DNA from: a virus
Lineage: Duplodnaviria; Caudoviricetes
Length of the DNA: 52,517 nucleotides
Virus record (IMG/VR): IMGVR_UViG_3300025000_000135
Span: 1-52,517 of that record
Reading direction: 5' to 3' (one strand)
The first letter of the stretch is position 1; every line of letters starts with the position of its first letter. The notes beneath the pieces were generated by a model. That model saw only the letters and a list, made by a program, of their open reading frames with translations. It was not told the DNA's origin and ran no database searches. A program made the translations under genes and the position numbers. Shown in pieces: positions 36,025 through 46,984 of the stretch.

Positions 36025-39000
36025 CTAATATACATCATAGTTGATAAGTATCTCTTCGTCCTCATCTGACTTCATCCACTTGCCGCCAACGTTCTTTGTC
36101 TTCTTTTGAGTTTTGAATTCATTGACTTTTAAGACATCATACAACTTAAATATATTCTCATTAAATATCTTTCCATCTTTAATTTTTGTTTTCATTTCTT
36201 TTCCATTATTTATTTGCCTTAAAGTTACGTAAGGTTTTGATTTATCCTTATAGGTTTCATACTTGATAACTATATAAAATTTATCTCCTGCATTCTCGTT
36301 CACATATTCTGTATATTCAAGGAATTCCATTTCGAATTTTACCTGTTCTTTAATTGATAATGGTTTGTCTTCAATGTCTTTAATTACCTCTTTAATATAT
36401 CCAATCATATCTAATTCTTTATATAAAGTTTTGGTAGTTTTTTTACTATGTTTTTTTAAAATTTCTTCATTAATTTTAAGTTTTTCTATATCTTTAAAAT
36501 TAATTTGTTTGGAATAAGCAAACTTATCATATAGTTCTATAATTTGAAGAAGTTTTTTATTTTTTCCAAAACATCTAAAGAAATTTAATCCAGTTAATAT
36601 TTTAAGTTGACGAGAATTTACTGATGCATTCTTTATATCACTTAATAACTCAATAAAATCTGTATAATTTTTTTGTTGTGATAAAGCATATAATTCATTT
36701 GGAACTTGTTCGTTAAGAAATTTAATTGAAGAAATACCTTTATAGATACTATTTTCTTTTTTATCAAATGTGTATTTTGCGATTGATTTACCAAATGAAA
36801 TAGGATTAATTTTTGCATTCAATTGATTAGCTAACGATACGCCTCTATTTGTATCTTCCTTGTTTTCTGATCTGTCTAGATAAGCAGTAGCAAATTCTAA
36901 TGGGTAATAAGTCCTTAATCTAGTCTCTGCGTATCCATTCATACTGTAGCCAGTGGAATGATTATATCCAAATTGATACTCAGAAGAATCGTCGATGATT
37001 TGAAGAAATTGTTTTGCCTCCTCTTCAGCAATATCTCTAAATTGATCAGATTTGTCGCAGTATCCTTCTAGAATTTTTGGTAACTGTTCATTTAAACCTA
37101 CTACATCTTTTTTGCCTATGCAATTATGCACAACCAACCCATTTGCAATATAATTATGATTATCTTTCACTTCAATATCATATACATTACTTTCTCCTAC
37201 ATATTCTATACTCTTAACTCTTAAAGGTATATATTCTGTTGATAACAACCAGTAAGTGTAAGGTATATACAATTCTTTGGATACTTCTTTTGCCTTTATA
37301 TCAGAAATACCAAATTCTGTAGAATGTACATTAAAATTATTTCCTTTGTAACCCAAAGCACGACCAATATCATTGAAAGATTTATTAAATATCAACATAT
37401 TGTTTCTTACTTCTTCTTTACATTTATTAGGTAGTAAATAGTTAAATTTCCCTGTATTTGATATAACATTATCTATAATATTATTAAATCTATTTAATTT
37501 ACTACCAACTATATATTTTAAAATATATTTTGAAAAGTTATTTAAAGATTCTGTTTGGGTAATATATACTCTATAAGAGTTATAATTATAATCAGATATC
37601 CACTTTTTTAGAATGTAACTATATATACCAAATTTTAATAATAAATATTGTATTTGTTGTGCTAGTATTTCTGAATTTGTTGAATAATCAATATATCCTC
37701 CATAACATCCACCGTCTGTGCTAAATAAACCTCCAAGTAAGTTTTGCAACTTATCTCCAATGGGGTAACTCATAAACTCATCAGGTAATATTTTATCTGC
37801 TGCATGATGCCTTAGATTAAATTTGTTTAATAAGTTCACTAATGCGTTATTTGAAGTTTTTGTTTGAACCCGTATGTTATATATTTTGTCTACATCAACT
37901 CCTTTTTGTGAGGAAATTGTAAATTCACAATTGATTTGTTTATCTTTGTTTGGTGTAATTCTACTAATAATACAATCTTTAAATTTATCAATTAATGCCA
38001 TTTCTGAATTAGTAAATGATGGATTTGAATTGTGACCACCACTTCTAGAAAATGAGTAAATTGTTCCATCACCAATTAACATCCCAATTAAAAACATTTC
38101 CTGACAAGATAATCTTTCACTAGGTTTTAAATTATCTTTATCTGAATTTATTTTCTTAAGAGACATAATTGAATCATCGGTATTTAAATCCCTAATATAT
38201 TTATATCCATCTTGTGTAAAAACTTTATGATCATCTGTTGCAATTAATTCCTTTCCATGAATAGTTGTAACTTTATATGTATTCTTGACACCATTATTAA
38301 AAACATTCATAACATCTTTTGTTTCTGAAACACCGTATTCGTTTACAGACATTACCTTTTCACCAATTATAATATCTTTAATCTTTTTGATATTACCGTT
38401 ACCCATCATCACCAATGTATTTTCGTCAACACATCTTCTAGTGGTATCCGCTAAAGATCCGCTAAATCCACAAATGTCTGTTAGAAATTTAATGGTATCT
38501 TCCTGATATACTAAATATCCATAATTATCTTGTAGTAAATTATCCAATTGTTTCGAGGGATTTACATTAACTTCTTTCTTAATTAATCTATCTCTATATG
38601 ATTTACCGGATGGACGTAAAGCAGCATTTACCAAAGACATATCATTAATAAATCTAGGTTTAAAGTCTTTAAGTAGTGAGAAGGCGTAGTCTCCCTCAAA
38701 TTGAAAAACTCCCACATTTGAAGTAATCATATTATCCCAAACCTTATTATCATTCCAATCAATTTCATGAGCTTTAAGATAATGAGAGCCTATTGATTTA
38801 TACACATCTTTCATTATTCCAACAGTTTTTAATCCTAATATATCGAACTTTACAAAATTTACAGAGTCAACTGCTTTCATAGAACATATTGATATTGGGT
38901 GAGATTCATCCCCATCTTTATAATAGACACCTAGATTATCAGCAAGTGTAATTGGAGAACCTATAATACCTGCCGGATGAGTACCTTTTGCTATAATAGT

Positions 39001-40635
39001 CCCTTTTAAACCATCAAAATAATAAAATAAATCTTTATTATTGTCTTTAAGATTTTGAAATTCTTTCTTTAAATTATTTGCTCTGGTTAGTGCTTTATTA
39101 TTTCTAATTCTATTACAATAAACTTCATGATAGTCAAAATCAACAGATTTAGCATCCACCTCATCTAATTCCTCTAGATTAACTTCTTCTTGGATTATTT
39201 TAAAATATTCATCAAATAATTTATCAAATTCATTTTTAATATTCATTACCACATCTAAATTTTCATATTTTAAACCTTTTGCTAATACATCAATAGTTCC
39301 TCTATCTCTTAAAGTTGAAAATGCTGATATATATGCGGTTTTCTCTGGTGTAAACCTTTTGATAATATATTCATAAACTTTTACACGATCCTCTGGAGCG
39401 AAATCTATATCAATATCTGCAAGAGAAACTCTATCAGCATTACAAAATCTTGAAAAAACAGTATTCCATCTGATAGGATCTACATCAGTAATATCTGTAA
39501 TAAAAGCAACTTCACTACCACCAACAGAACCACGACAAAACCCATATGGTATTTCATTCTCATTACAGTAATCAACTAATTCAGACATAAACATCATAAA
39601 GCTTTCCATATTTTGCTTTTTCATTGCTTCAAATTCTTCATTTATTTTTTTCTTATACTCATCTAATTTAGTTAAATCAAGAATATTATTATCCTTTTTT
39701 TCTTTAAACTTTTTTGCAATAGTTTTTTTCCAAATATCTACTGCATTATTCCCATAAAGATTAGGATACTTAAATGACTTATCTAATTTAAATTCTTCAA
39801 CCATATCAGCAAATTTATTTGTGTTAGATATAGCTTCCATCCATACCTCTTCGGGCAACGCATTTTGGATTCTAAAACACTCAACCAATTCATCAAAACT
39901 TTTCCAAGTAAGATCAAATTCATCCTCTTCTCCGTAGAAACTATCTTTTGATATTTGGAGAATTTTTCTACATTCTGCTTTATATTTTGAAGATGAATGT
40001 GTATCTGTACCGGCTATTAGAGGTATATTATATTGTTTACTCCATCCCCACAGTAATTTATTGTATTCTATTTGATGTTCGTGTGTGTGGTACTGGATCT
40101 CTAAAAAACACCTATGACTATTTTTAGACATCCACTCTAAAAATCTCTGTACGTAGTCATCTTCATCATCTTTTTTTCTCCATAACATCGAAGCTAAACA
40201 AGCAGTTGTAATTATAATATTTTCACTTGTATTCATTAACTCTTCAAATGATATTCTAGGATTATAATACATGTGCCTATCTGTTTTGTCATCTAATTTT
40301 CCTTTGGAAGTAGATTTAGAATTTAAAGTGTTTAATTCTAATACTCCATTATAATTCTTAGCATATAATCCAATGTGATATCCTCTTTCATCTGCTTCAT
40401 ATTTAGTACACATATATGATTCAATGCCATGTATGTATTTAATTCCTGCTTTATCGCAATCCTGTTTCTTTTTTATCCAATCGTACATTCCTCCGTGGTT
40501 AGAAAACGCTAATGCTTTACATTTTTCTTTTTTAGCAAGTTTAATATATTCTTTATAACTAGTACACGAATCAGAATAACCATTACAATTACTTGTATCG
40601 TCATGAACGTGGTATCTTACATAATTCTCTATCAA
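36025..40635 (-). CDS. dnaE: DNA polymerase III alpha subunit with intein
   Basis: PHP domain (HVH, NHG, GTDTH), RGSVGGS, FSRF, DIDID, KFDILGL, GVFQFE, YQE, FGYNHS. Confidence 0.93.
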   Translation of the reverse strand: MIENYVRYHVHDDTSNCNGYSDSCTSYKEYIKLAKKEKCKALAFSNHGGMYDWIKKKQDCDKAGIKYIHGIESYMCTKYEADERGYHIGLYAKNYNGVLELNTLNSKSTSKGKLDDKTDRHMYYNPRISFEELMNTSENIIITTACLASMLWRKKDDEDDYVQRFLEWMSKNSHRCFLEIQYHTHEHQIEYNKLLWGWSKQYNIPLIAGTDTHSSSKYKAECRKILQISKDSFYGEEDEFDLTWKSFDELVECFRIQNALPEEVWMEAISNTNKFADMVEEFKLDKSFKYPNLYGNNAVDIWKKTIAKKFKEKKDNNILDLTKLDEYKKKINEEFEAMKKQNMESFMMFMSELVDYCNENEIPYGFCRGSVGGSEVAFITDITDVDPIRWNTVFSRFCNADRVSLADIDIDFAPEDRVKVYEYIIKRFTPEKTAYISAFSTLRDRGTIDVLAKGLKYENLDVVMNIKNEFDKLFDEYFKIIQEEVNLEELDEVDAKSVDFDYHEVYCNRIRNNKALTRANNLKKEFQNLKDNNKDLFYYFDGLKGTIIAKGTHPAGIIGSPITLADNLGVYYKDGDESHPISICSMKAVDSVNFVKFDILGLKTVGIMKDVYKSIGSHYLKAHEIDWNDNKVWDNMITSNVGVFQFEGDYAFSLLKDFKPRFINDMSLVNAALRPSGKSYRDRLIKKEVNVNPSKQLDNLLQDNYGYLVYQEDTIKFLTDICGFSGSLADTTRRCVDENTLVMMGNGNIKKIKDIIIGEKVMSVNEYGVSETKDVMNVFNNGVKNTYKVTTIHGKELIATDDHKVFTQDGYKYIRDLNTDDSIMSLKKINSDKDNLKPSERLSCQEMFLIGMLIGDGTIYSFSRSGGHNSNPSFTNSEMALIDKFKDCIISRITPNKDKQINCEFTISSQKGVDVDKIYNIRVQTKTSNNALVNLLNKFNLRHHAADKILPDEFMSYPIGDKLQNLLGGLFSTDGGCYGGYIDYSTNSEILAQQIQYLLLKFGIYSYILKKWISDYNYNSYRVYITQTESLNNFSKYILKYIVGSKLNRFNNIIDNVISNTGKFNYLLPNKCKEEVRNNMLIFNKSFNDIGRALGYKGNNFNVHSTEFGISDIKAKEVSKELYIPYTYWLLSTEYIPLRVKSIEYVGESNVYDIEVKDNHNYIANGLVVHNCIGKKDVVGLNEQLPKILEGYCDKSDQFRDIAEEEAKQFLQIIDDSSEYQFGYNHSTGYSMNGYAETRLRTYYPLEFATAYLDRSENKEDTNRGVSLANQLNAKINPISFGKSIAKYTFDKKENSIYKGISSIKFLNEQVPNELYALSQQKNYTDFIELLSDIKNASVNSRQLKILTGLNFFRCFGKNKKLLQIIELYDKFAYSKQINFKDIEKLKINEEILKKHSKKTTKTLYKELDMIGYIKEVIKDIEDKPLSIKEQVKFEMEFLEYTEYVNENAGDKFYIVIKYETYKDKSKPYVTLRQINNGKEMKTKIKDGKIFNENIFKLYDVLKVNEFKTQKKTKNVGGKWMKSDEDEEILINYDVY
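37123..38433 (-). mobile_element. 437-aa LAGLIDADG intein in DnaE
   Basis: RR|CVDENT...ATDDH...LIGMLIGDG...LLGGLFSTDG...VYDIEV...VVHN|CIGKK. Confidence 0.92.
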
Positions 40636-40653
40636 ATTATAATCCTCCTAATC

Positions 40654-41787
40654 TCATAGGTTATCCATCCAACTTAAATCGTCTTCATCCTTTTTATTAT
40701 CTGCCGAACTAAAATATTTTCTCTTTTCTAAATAAACAGCATATGGTTTATGCAAGTTTGCACTATATCCACTCAGATTTGCAAAGAAGTATGATTCAGA
40801 ATCAGTTACTTCTTCCCACCATACATTTTCATCTTTAGTTTTCATATATTCACATTCTTTTTTGCCAATATCTACAATAGCATCTACAATATCTGCCTTG
40901 AGTTTCTTAATTTCTTCTTGTGAGAATGGTATATAAACATAACAGTCACTGAGTTTGTATTTTATTTTTATGTCTTCTGGCAAACTATTTATATCATTTG
41001 TCATAACTAATAACTCTAAATATGATTCAATTTCTTCGTCTGAGTAACATTTCGCTTTTTTGAGCCACATCTTAGCGTTTGATTTTAAACTAGACCCAAT
41101 CTCGTTCCTCGCAATATTCCTCTCAACTATTTTTTCATTCGCCTGTTGCACTTCTACAATTACATATTTTAGGAAATCCCATCTTATTTTTATCTTTTCT
41201 AAAGGTACTCCAAGCTGTATTAAAGCTTCGGCATATAAAACCAACTGTCCTTTTTCTTTGTCTATTTTTTTACCTGTATATATGCTTGAAGTTTTCCAAT
41301 CCGTGATAATAAAATAACCATCTTCTTTGTGGATAAAGTCAATATAGCCTTGAAATATAAAATTATTAACTTTTACAATAATAAATTTTTCTATTTCTAC
41401 TTTTTTGTTATTAATAACTTTATGATTTTGGAAGAAATGTCTTAGACATGATTCATACTTATTAGCAATATTATTATTTTTTTCTTCATTAGTCCTATCA
41501 TATTTTAACTCTCCTGCATTGAATGTAAATAATACGTTTTCATATTCTTGTAGCATATCTTCATATTCGATTTCCTTAGAGTAGAATTTCTCTAGAATTC
41601 CATGACACGCATTACCACTTACCCCATAAATACCATCATCTCTGTCTTCTTTTACTTTTGCTATGTATTTAAGATAGAATTCGTATACTGAATTTTTATA
41701 ACAATTATATCTACTCCAACTCCAGAGTTGGTGAACATTATATTTCTTTTTTAGTTTTTCTAATTCTTCGCCTGTTTTTCGAGCCAC
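40654..41787 (-). CDS. PD-(D/E)xK exonuclease (AddB/RecB-family-like)
   Basis: SWSR, G...H..LE, GYID...ITDWKT, QLVLYA. Confidence 0.8.
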   Translation of the reverse strand: MARKTGEELEKLKKKYNVHQLWSWSRYNCYKNSVYEFYLKYIAKVKEDRDDGIYGVSGNACHGILEKFYSKEIEYEDMLQEYENVLFTFNAGELKYDRTNEEKNNNIANKYESCLRHFFQNHKVINNKKVEIEKFIIVKVNNFIFQGYIDFIHKEDGYFIITDWKTSSIYTGKKIDKEKGQLVLYAEALIQLGVPLEKIKIRWDFLKYVIVEVQQANEKIVERNIARNEIGSSLKSNAKMWLKKAKCYSDEEIESYLELLVMTNDINSLPEDIKIKYKLSDCYVYIPFSQEEIKKLKADIVDAIVDIGKKECEYMKTKDENVWWEEVTDSESYFFANLSGYSANLHKPYAVYLEKRKYFSSADNKKDEDDLSWMDNL

Positions 41788-42623
41788 TATATAACCACCT
41801 TTATATTATTATTTATTGTTTGGGTATACTGTCTTTCTAATTTGTTTAAACAAGCATTTTTAATTTTACTGTCTATCCAATAAAAATCTTTCAAATATAA
41901 TAAAAGTATCTCTTTCTTTTTGATATGATATTTTTCATATGCTTCTCTTACATCTAAAAATCTACCAAGACTTATTTTCTTACCTTTATATTTTACAGCA
42001 GAAATATACACAAGATCATCTTCTAAATAATAAGTACCCTCATACCCTGCAGTATTTGTAATTTGCTTATTAATAAAAATATTATTTATTTGTTCTGGAA
42101 TAAAACAGCAATTATTTAAACTATAAGTTTTCGTATCTGTAATTATATCTTTGTCTAAGCAAAATTTTATATTAGGATATTCAATAATTTTATCAACGCC
42201 TAGTATTTTGCTATAATCTTCATTAAAATTTTTAAAACAATGCCAACGTTCATTTATAAAAGCATCAATATAAGTAGGATTTTTAACTAACTCGTCTTTA
42301 CTGTATACTCTTTTTAGCATATTTACCCATGTTACATAGGACTTCAACTCCCTTACATTATTATAAAAGTTTCCTATATATCCATGATTATAAATACTTG
42401 GCAATAATAAATCTTTTGCATTTCCTTTATTAATATTTCCAGCAGTAACTATTGATTGGTATTTTGTTTTTACAAATTCACATACGTAAGTTTTCGTGCC
42501 AGTTCTGTCTTTTCCGTATACGCCTTTAACTGAAAATTCACCATAATGTTTTGATTCGAATATTTTTCCGATATATTTTTCTCTATCAATTCTGCTCTCT
42601 AATTCTAGATTAATATTATACAC
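41787..42623 (-). CDS. putative homing endonuclease with AP2-like C-terminus
   Basis: Y.TW.NML.R, W..F.NF..D, LDKD......YS...CCFIP..IN, KISLGRF....EA. Confidence 0.7.
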   Translation of the reverse strand: MYNINLELESRIDREKYIGKIFESKHYGEFSVKGVYGKDRTGTKTYVCEFVKTKYQSIVTAGNINKGNAKDLLLPSIYNHGYIGNFYNNVRELKSYVTWVNMLKRVYSKDELVKNPTYIDAFINERWHCFKNFNEDYSKILGVDKIIEYPNIKFCLDKDIITDTKTYSLNNCCFIPEQINNIFINKQITNTAGYEGTYYLEDDLVYISAVKYKGKKISLGRFLDVREAYEKYHIKKKEILLLYLKDFYWIDSKIKNACLNKLERQYTQTINNNIKVVI

Positions 42624-42632
42624 TTAAATTGA

Positions 42633-43700
42633 TTACCTACTTTCTAAATATTTCATATGTGTTTTATGTTCCGTTTCGTCATAAAGAGTTTTGTATTTAA
42701 ACAAATAGTTGTAAAAACGATTAGTTGTATCCGCAGGACTCATCTTATCCTCAAGCAAACCATATTTATCATATATGTAATATACAGTCCTAATACCATA
42801 AAAACGATCACAGGCACTTCTTATATGTTCTATTGAAATTCCCTTATCAAAAGCAATAACTACATCAACATTTAACCCAATCAATATCTTTACTTGTTCA
42901 TCTGAGATATCATGACAACAAACAGCAACACCAGTGCCATCATTTCTACTATGACGCTTTAAAACACTCTTCTCGGCCTCGTATACAACAACATATCCTG
43001 TTTCTTGTATGGTTTGATAATTCTCTTGTAGTCCATAGATATTCATGCTCTTAGGGAAGTTTTTTAATGGGAAATATTTTGGTATATCTAACATCTCCCA
43101 TTCTTTAATTACTGTTCTACCTATAACACCTACATAATCATTTTTTTCTCCACTCCAATACCGATGAGGAATAACTATTCTCTTTTTATTTACACTATAT
43201 CCAATATTAAATACTTTTGATGTCCAAGGCATAATACCATCTTCTCTAACCCATTCTATATGGATGTATGGTATATACTCGCTCAAACAGTCTTCGTTTA
43301 TTACATCTAAATTATTTATATCTGTATACTTTTTCTTTTTTACCTTCTTGAAAATTTCTAATGGGTCTTTAAAATCAGTATCGTTCTTTTTATTGAATTT
43401 GAATTTATATTCAAGGCCAAATAGATTGTGTATATATCTATTAGCTTCTGAAAACGAATAATTTTTGATAGTTTGACATAGTGTAAATATATTGCCTCTA
43501 ATAATATTACTATTAGATTGAAATACTTTAGTTTTAAGCGTTTCTTTTTTAATCGAAATAGCATCCTTGCTTGAATGAGTAGGTAATCCACACCTATATT
43601 CCTTGCCGTATTCCTTAAGATGATGACAACCTAAGTCTTCAAGTATATTTAAAATTTTGTCATTATCAATAATGTACTGGATAAGTTCATTTGCTGTCAT
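42633..43700 (-). CDS. DNA primase (SPbeta YorJ-like)
   Basis: RIVIP, VGVIGR, YGL, TOPRIM YEAEKS and AFD. Confidence 0.8.
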   Translation of the reverse strand: MTANELIQYIIDNDKILNILEDLGCHHLKEYGKEYRCGLPTHSSKDAISIKKETLKTKVFQSNSNIIRGNIFTLCQTIKNYSFSEANRYIHNLFGLEYKFKFNKKNDTDFKDPLEIFKKVKKKKYTDINNLDVINEDCLSEYIPYIHIEWVREDGIMPWTSKVFNIGYSVNKKRIVIPHRYWSGEKNDYVGVIGRTVIKEWEMLDIPKYFPLKNFPKSMNIYGLQENYQTIQETGYVVVYEAEKSVLKRHSRNDGTGVAVCCHDISDEQVKILIGLNVDVVIAFDKGISIEHIRSACDRFYGIRTVYYIYDKYGLLEDKMSPADTTNRFYNYLFKYKTLYDETEHKTHMKYLESR

Positions 43701-43715
43701 ATCACCATCCCCTTT

Positions 43716-45236
43716 TTAGAAATCTACTGGAACTACTGTATAACCAACCTCTTTGTATGTGTTTCTTGAAAGGTCGTGCTCCACAACGATCTGATAATCA
43801 TTTGTACTACCTTCGCGATTCTTAACAATAAATATAATCTGATAGTTTTTACCTTTCTTTAATTTTACAGGAATTTGTGATTCGGTATTACCTTGTCTTT
43901 TTTCTTTCCTGTAAACATCTAACTCGCGCTTACCTCCCTCTATTTCATCTTCAAATACCTTTCTAATCATCAAACAAGTTGATGCAACGTCAACAATATT
44001 CTTTGCCATACCTATATTGTCTTGATCATAGTATCTTTGTTTTGAACTACCTTTACTTAATTGAAATGTAATCCAAATATGTACATTCTTCGCTTCTGAT
44101 TTAATCACATCATTAATTTCAACCATATTTTGTTGCATACTGAACCAAAATGACTCACTGCTTGATGCCTTAGAATCTGCTTTATATGTATCTAACATGA
44201 AGTATTTTACACCCATACTAGCATACTTTTTTATTGTTTTAATAGCCTTCGCTGTAGTATATTGAGTGAATGGTTTTAGTATAATTGTGTTTTTATATTG
44301 CTTAACCCATTCAGAACATTTCTTAAGTAGTGCTTTTACTTCTGGTTTATATCTACCATCTCGGACGATATATTTTTGTAAATCTTCTTTGAAGATATTA
44401 TTAGCTACCCAAACCAAAAATTCACGTTGCCATTTCTTTTTACCTTCTTCGTTTATCATTATGACTATTTTTTCTTTATGTTCTAATATACTTGGAAGAA
44501 TTAGAATCCTGCTAAGTGCGGTTTTACCAACACCACTAAGTCCACCGACAAGAGTAATATTTCCTTCAAGATTACCGCCAACTTCTTTATTTAGCGTTGG
44601 TGTATTATGCAAAGGTAAACCTACCGCCATTCCTTGATCTAGTTCTTCGATTAATTCATCTAAACCATCAGAAATATCATGGGTAATATCATCACCTTCA
44701 ACGTTAACAAAAACATGATTCAATACTGCTTCGAACTCGTCATATATTTGTTCAGATGTCATATCTACAAAATCACTAATTCTATCGAAAATAGGAAATT
44801 TTCTTTTTAATAAATCTAATACAGCATTCCATTTATGAAGTTCATTAATATATCCATCCATATTTTCGGTCTTCACATATGCTTTTGCATTTTCAATTGT
44901 TTCATAACCTTTATATTTTTCATATTGTTCTTTTAACTTCAAGTGCTTTTCTAGGTATAGTCCTACAGTTATGTCGTCAAGCACTTGCTTTTTTTCTTTG
45001 ATTACTATGTCGTAACCTATCTGCCAATAAACCTTCCAAACATTTTCTGTAAAATTTGCAAGTTTTAAATTATCGTATGTATAATACAGATCATGGTTTT
45101 TCCAAAGGATACTCACTATGTTTGCTTCACATGCTTTTTTGTATTCTCTTATTTTCTTACTTGATTTTAATAATTCCTCTTCAAATGGAGTTAACTTTGT
45201 ATCTTTTGTCTTGTTAGTTTGAGTAATAGTTGTCAC
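43716..45236 (-). CDS. DnaB-like replicative helicase (SPbeta YorI-like)
   Basis: GGLSGVGKT, INEE, LDT, TFQL, KNREG. Confidence 0.85.
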   Translation of the reverse strand: MTTITQTNKTKDTKLTPFEEELLKSSKKIREYKKACEANIVSILWKNHDLYYTYDNLKLANFTENVWKVYWQIGYDIVIKEKKQVLDDITVGLYLEKHLKLKEQYEKYKGYETIENAKAYVKTENMDGYINELHKWNAVLDLLKRKFPIFDRISDFVDMTSEQIYDEFEAVLNHVFVNVEGDDITHDISDGLDELIEELDQGMAVGLPLHNTPTLNKEVGGNLEGNITLVGGLSGVGKTALSRILILPSILEHKEKIVIMINEEGKKKWQREFLVWVANNIFKEDLQKYIVRDGRYKPEVKALLKKCSEWVKQYKNTIILKPFTQYTTAKAIKTIKKYASMGVKYFMLDTYKADSKASSSESFWFSMQQNMVEINDVIKSEAKNVHIWITFQLSKGSSKQRYYDQDNIGMAKNIVDVASTCLMIRKVFEDEIEGGKRELDVYRKEKRQGNTESQIPVKLKKGKNYQIIFIVKNREGSTNDYQIVVEHDLSRNTYKEVGYTVVPVDF

Positions 45237-45244
45237 CTACCTTT

Positions 45245-45700
45245 TTACCATAAATCTTCTAATGTGTAACTTAGTTTTTTAGTCTTAGGTTGATATTCTG
45301 CTCCCTCATGATAAATATTTTCCATATCTATATTCTCAGCTTTTGTTTTTGCATTTTCAGCATTTCTTAATCTTATTACCATATCATTAATATTTCCTTC
45401 GATAATAACCATTGCATAATTGAATTTGTGCTTTTCATCTGTAAACTTGGTATTATTGGTTCTAAAACCGACTAATATATTTGGTCTACATAACTTAAAA
45501 GTATATAAAATAGTTTTAAATTCATAACTACACATAGGAGTTTGCTTCTTGTTTGCTAGGAATTGCCCTGTAGCAAGACCTTTTAATCTTAATATTATAT
45601 ACTTTGGTAATTTTATATCAGGAGTATATTCCATAATTTCTTTTTTAACATACTCATAAAGATCAATCCAATCTTGGTCTTTTCTAGGTTTAACAGTCAT
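45245..45700 (-). CDS. conserved hypothetical protein (position of SPbeta YorH)
   Basis: lies between the AAA ATPase and the helicase; W.DLYEYVK, NYAMVII. Confidence 0.65.
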   Translation of the reverse strand: MTVKPRKDQDWIDLYEYVKKEIMEYTPDIKLPKYIILRLKGLATGQFLANKKQTPMCSYEFKTILYTFKLCRPNILVGFRTNNTKFTDEKHKFNYAMVIIEGNINDMVIRLRNAENAKTKAENIDMENIYHEGAEYQPKTKKLSYTLEDLW

Positions 45701-45759
45701 ACTCTCTCACCTCTAATTGTAAGTTTAGGGAGGAAAATTAATTCCCTCCCATTTATTAT

Positions 45760-46899
45760 TTATTTACCATCTATCAAATCAAATAATATATTTGCATGTT
45801 CTAAATTATCAACTTTTGTAGGGTTTACATATCCTAACTCTTTACTTTTTAGGAGCAATGGTTTTAAAATTTCAGAATTTGATTTGTTTATTTTTACAAA
45901 ACTAGTAATCATTGCTACAAGTTTTTCTACTTCTAAACCTGCAAGTTCTTCTTTCTTTTCAGAGACATTTTTTTCTACAACCTTATCTTTTTCTACTGCT
46001 TGTTCTACTTTTGTTTCTTCAATTGACTTATTTCCAGATTGTTTATCGTGTTCAATTTTAATGGCATCCTCAACAGCTTTGATAAAATCTGATGAATTAA
46101 ACTCAATTGAATCTATGATTTCAGAAAATCTTGATTTTGAATCTACATTAAAATTGTCATCTCTGAAAGTAATTTTCCTACTTTCATTTTTTACATGACC
46201 TTTAATTTTGTCTTTCCCTGCTAAATCTTTCTTGCCAGTCTTTTCCATAACAATTTCTCTATCAATGCTTGCTACACCAAGAATATGTAATTTTGTTTTT
46301 AGTGCAGTAAAATAATTAAGTTGCATATTCGTTGTAATAATATTGTACTCAGTACCTGATACTGCATCTGTCATTGTTCTTTCTTTTGTATGACCAACTA
46401 AAAACATAGCCACTCCAACTCTTTTTAACTCCCATAGTACCCCCATAATCATGTCAATAGTATATATTTCACCTTTACCAAAACCACCCCAAGCTCCATT
46501 AATTGTCTTAACAATCTTAGGGTCTTTTTTTCCGTATTGATCTTTATTAGAAAGTCTAATAGCCTCTGGTTCTGCAATGCGAATTAATTCATCAATGGTA
46601 TCCCATACTATAACCTTTAAATCCTTATAATCTGTTAACTTATTTTCTATGATATCTGTTGTAAATTCCTCAAAAGTATCCCAATCTGGAATATCCTCAT
46701 ATATCGCACCAGCGATTGCATCAATTCCATCCTCTCTACCTACGTTGGCAATAATATAACCATCTTCTCCTACGAGTTCCTCACACACCTCTTTTGCGAG
46801 TGTGGTTTTACCAATACCACTTAGTCCAATTAAACCTAAGTTATATGCTAAAGGATCTACCTTAATAATGTTCTTCTTACCAAATTTTCTCTCTGCCAA
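45760..46899 (-). CDS. AAA/Sak4-like ATPase (SPbeta YorG-like)
   Basis: GLSGIGKTT, EDG, VWDTID, GGFGKG, GH, SKSRF. Confidence 0.8.
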   Translation of the reverse strand: MAERKFGKKNIIKVDPLAYNLGLIGLSGIGKTTLAKEVCEELVGEDGYIIANVGREDGIDAIAGAIYEDIPDWDTFEEFTTDIIENKLTDYKDLKVIVWDTIDELIRIAEPEAIRLSNKDQYGKKDPKIVKTINGAWGGFGKGEIYTIDMIMGVLWELKRVGVAMFLVGHTKERTMTDAVSGTEYNIITTNMQLNYFTALKTKLHILGVASIDREIVMEKTGKKDLAGKDKIKGHVKNESRKITFRDDNFNVDSKSRFSEIIDSIEFNSSDFIKAVEDAIKIEHDKQSGNKSIEETKVEQAVEKDKVVEKNVSEKKEELAGLEVEKLVAMITSFVKINKSNSEILKPLLLKSKELGYVNPTKVDNLEHANILFDLIDGK

Positions 46900-46984
46900 A
46901 AAGTTTACCTTCTTTCAACTATTTTATTTTCATTGGTAAGGAGAGAGGTTTAACTCCCTCTCCTTTGTTTATTACTCTCGATTA

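Noticed and set aside
40654-41787. Cas4 / CRISPR adaptation gene
   Set aside because: Lacks the C-terminal Fe-S cysteine cluster; no cas1/cas2 or array; sits in the replication operon.
423-46198. Antisense and alternative-frame ORFs of the track (e.g. 423-608, 1950-2165, 3332-3706, 5051-5281, 7644-8285, 16715-16960, 34417-35136, 44266-44637, 45674-46198)
   Set aside because: They shadow well-supported genes or regulatory DNA and lack RBS and recognisable motifs.
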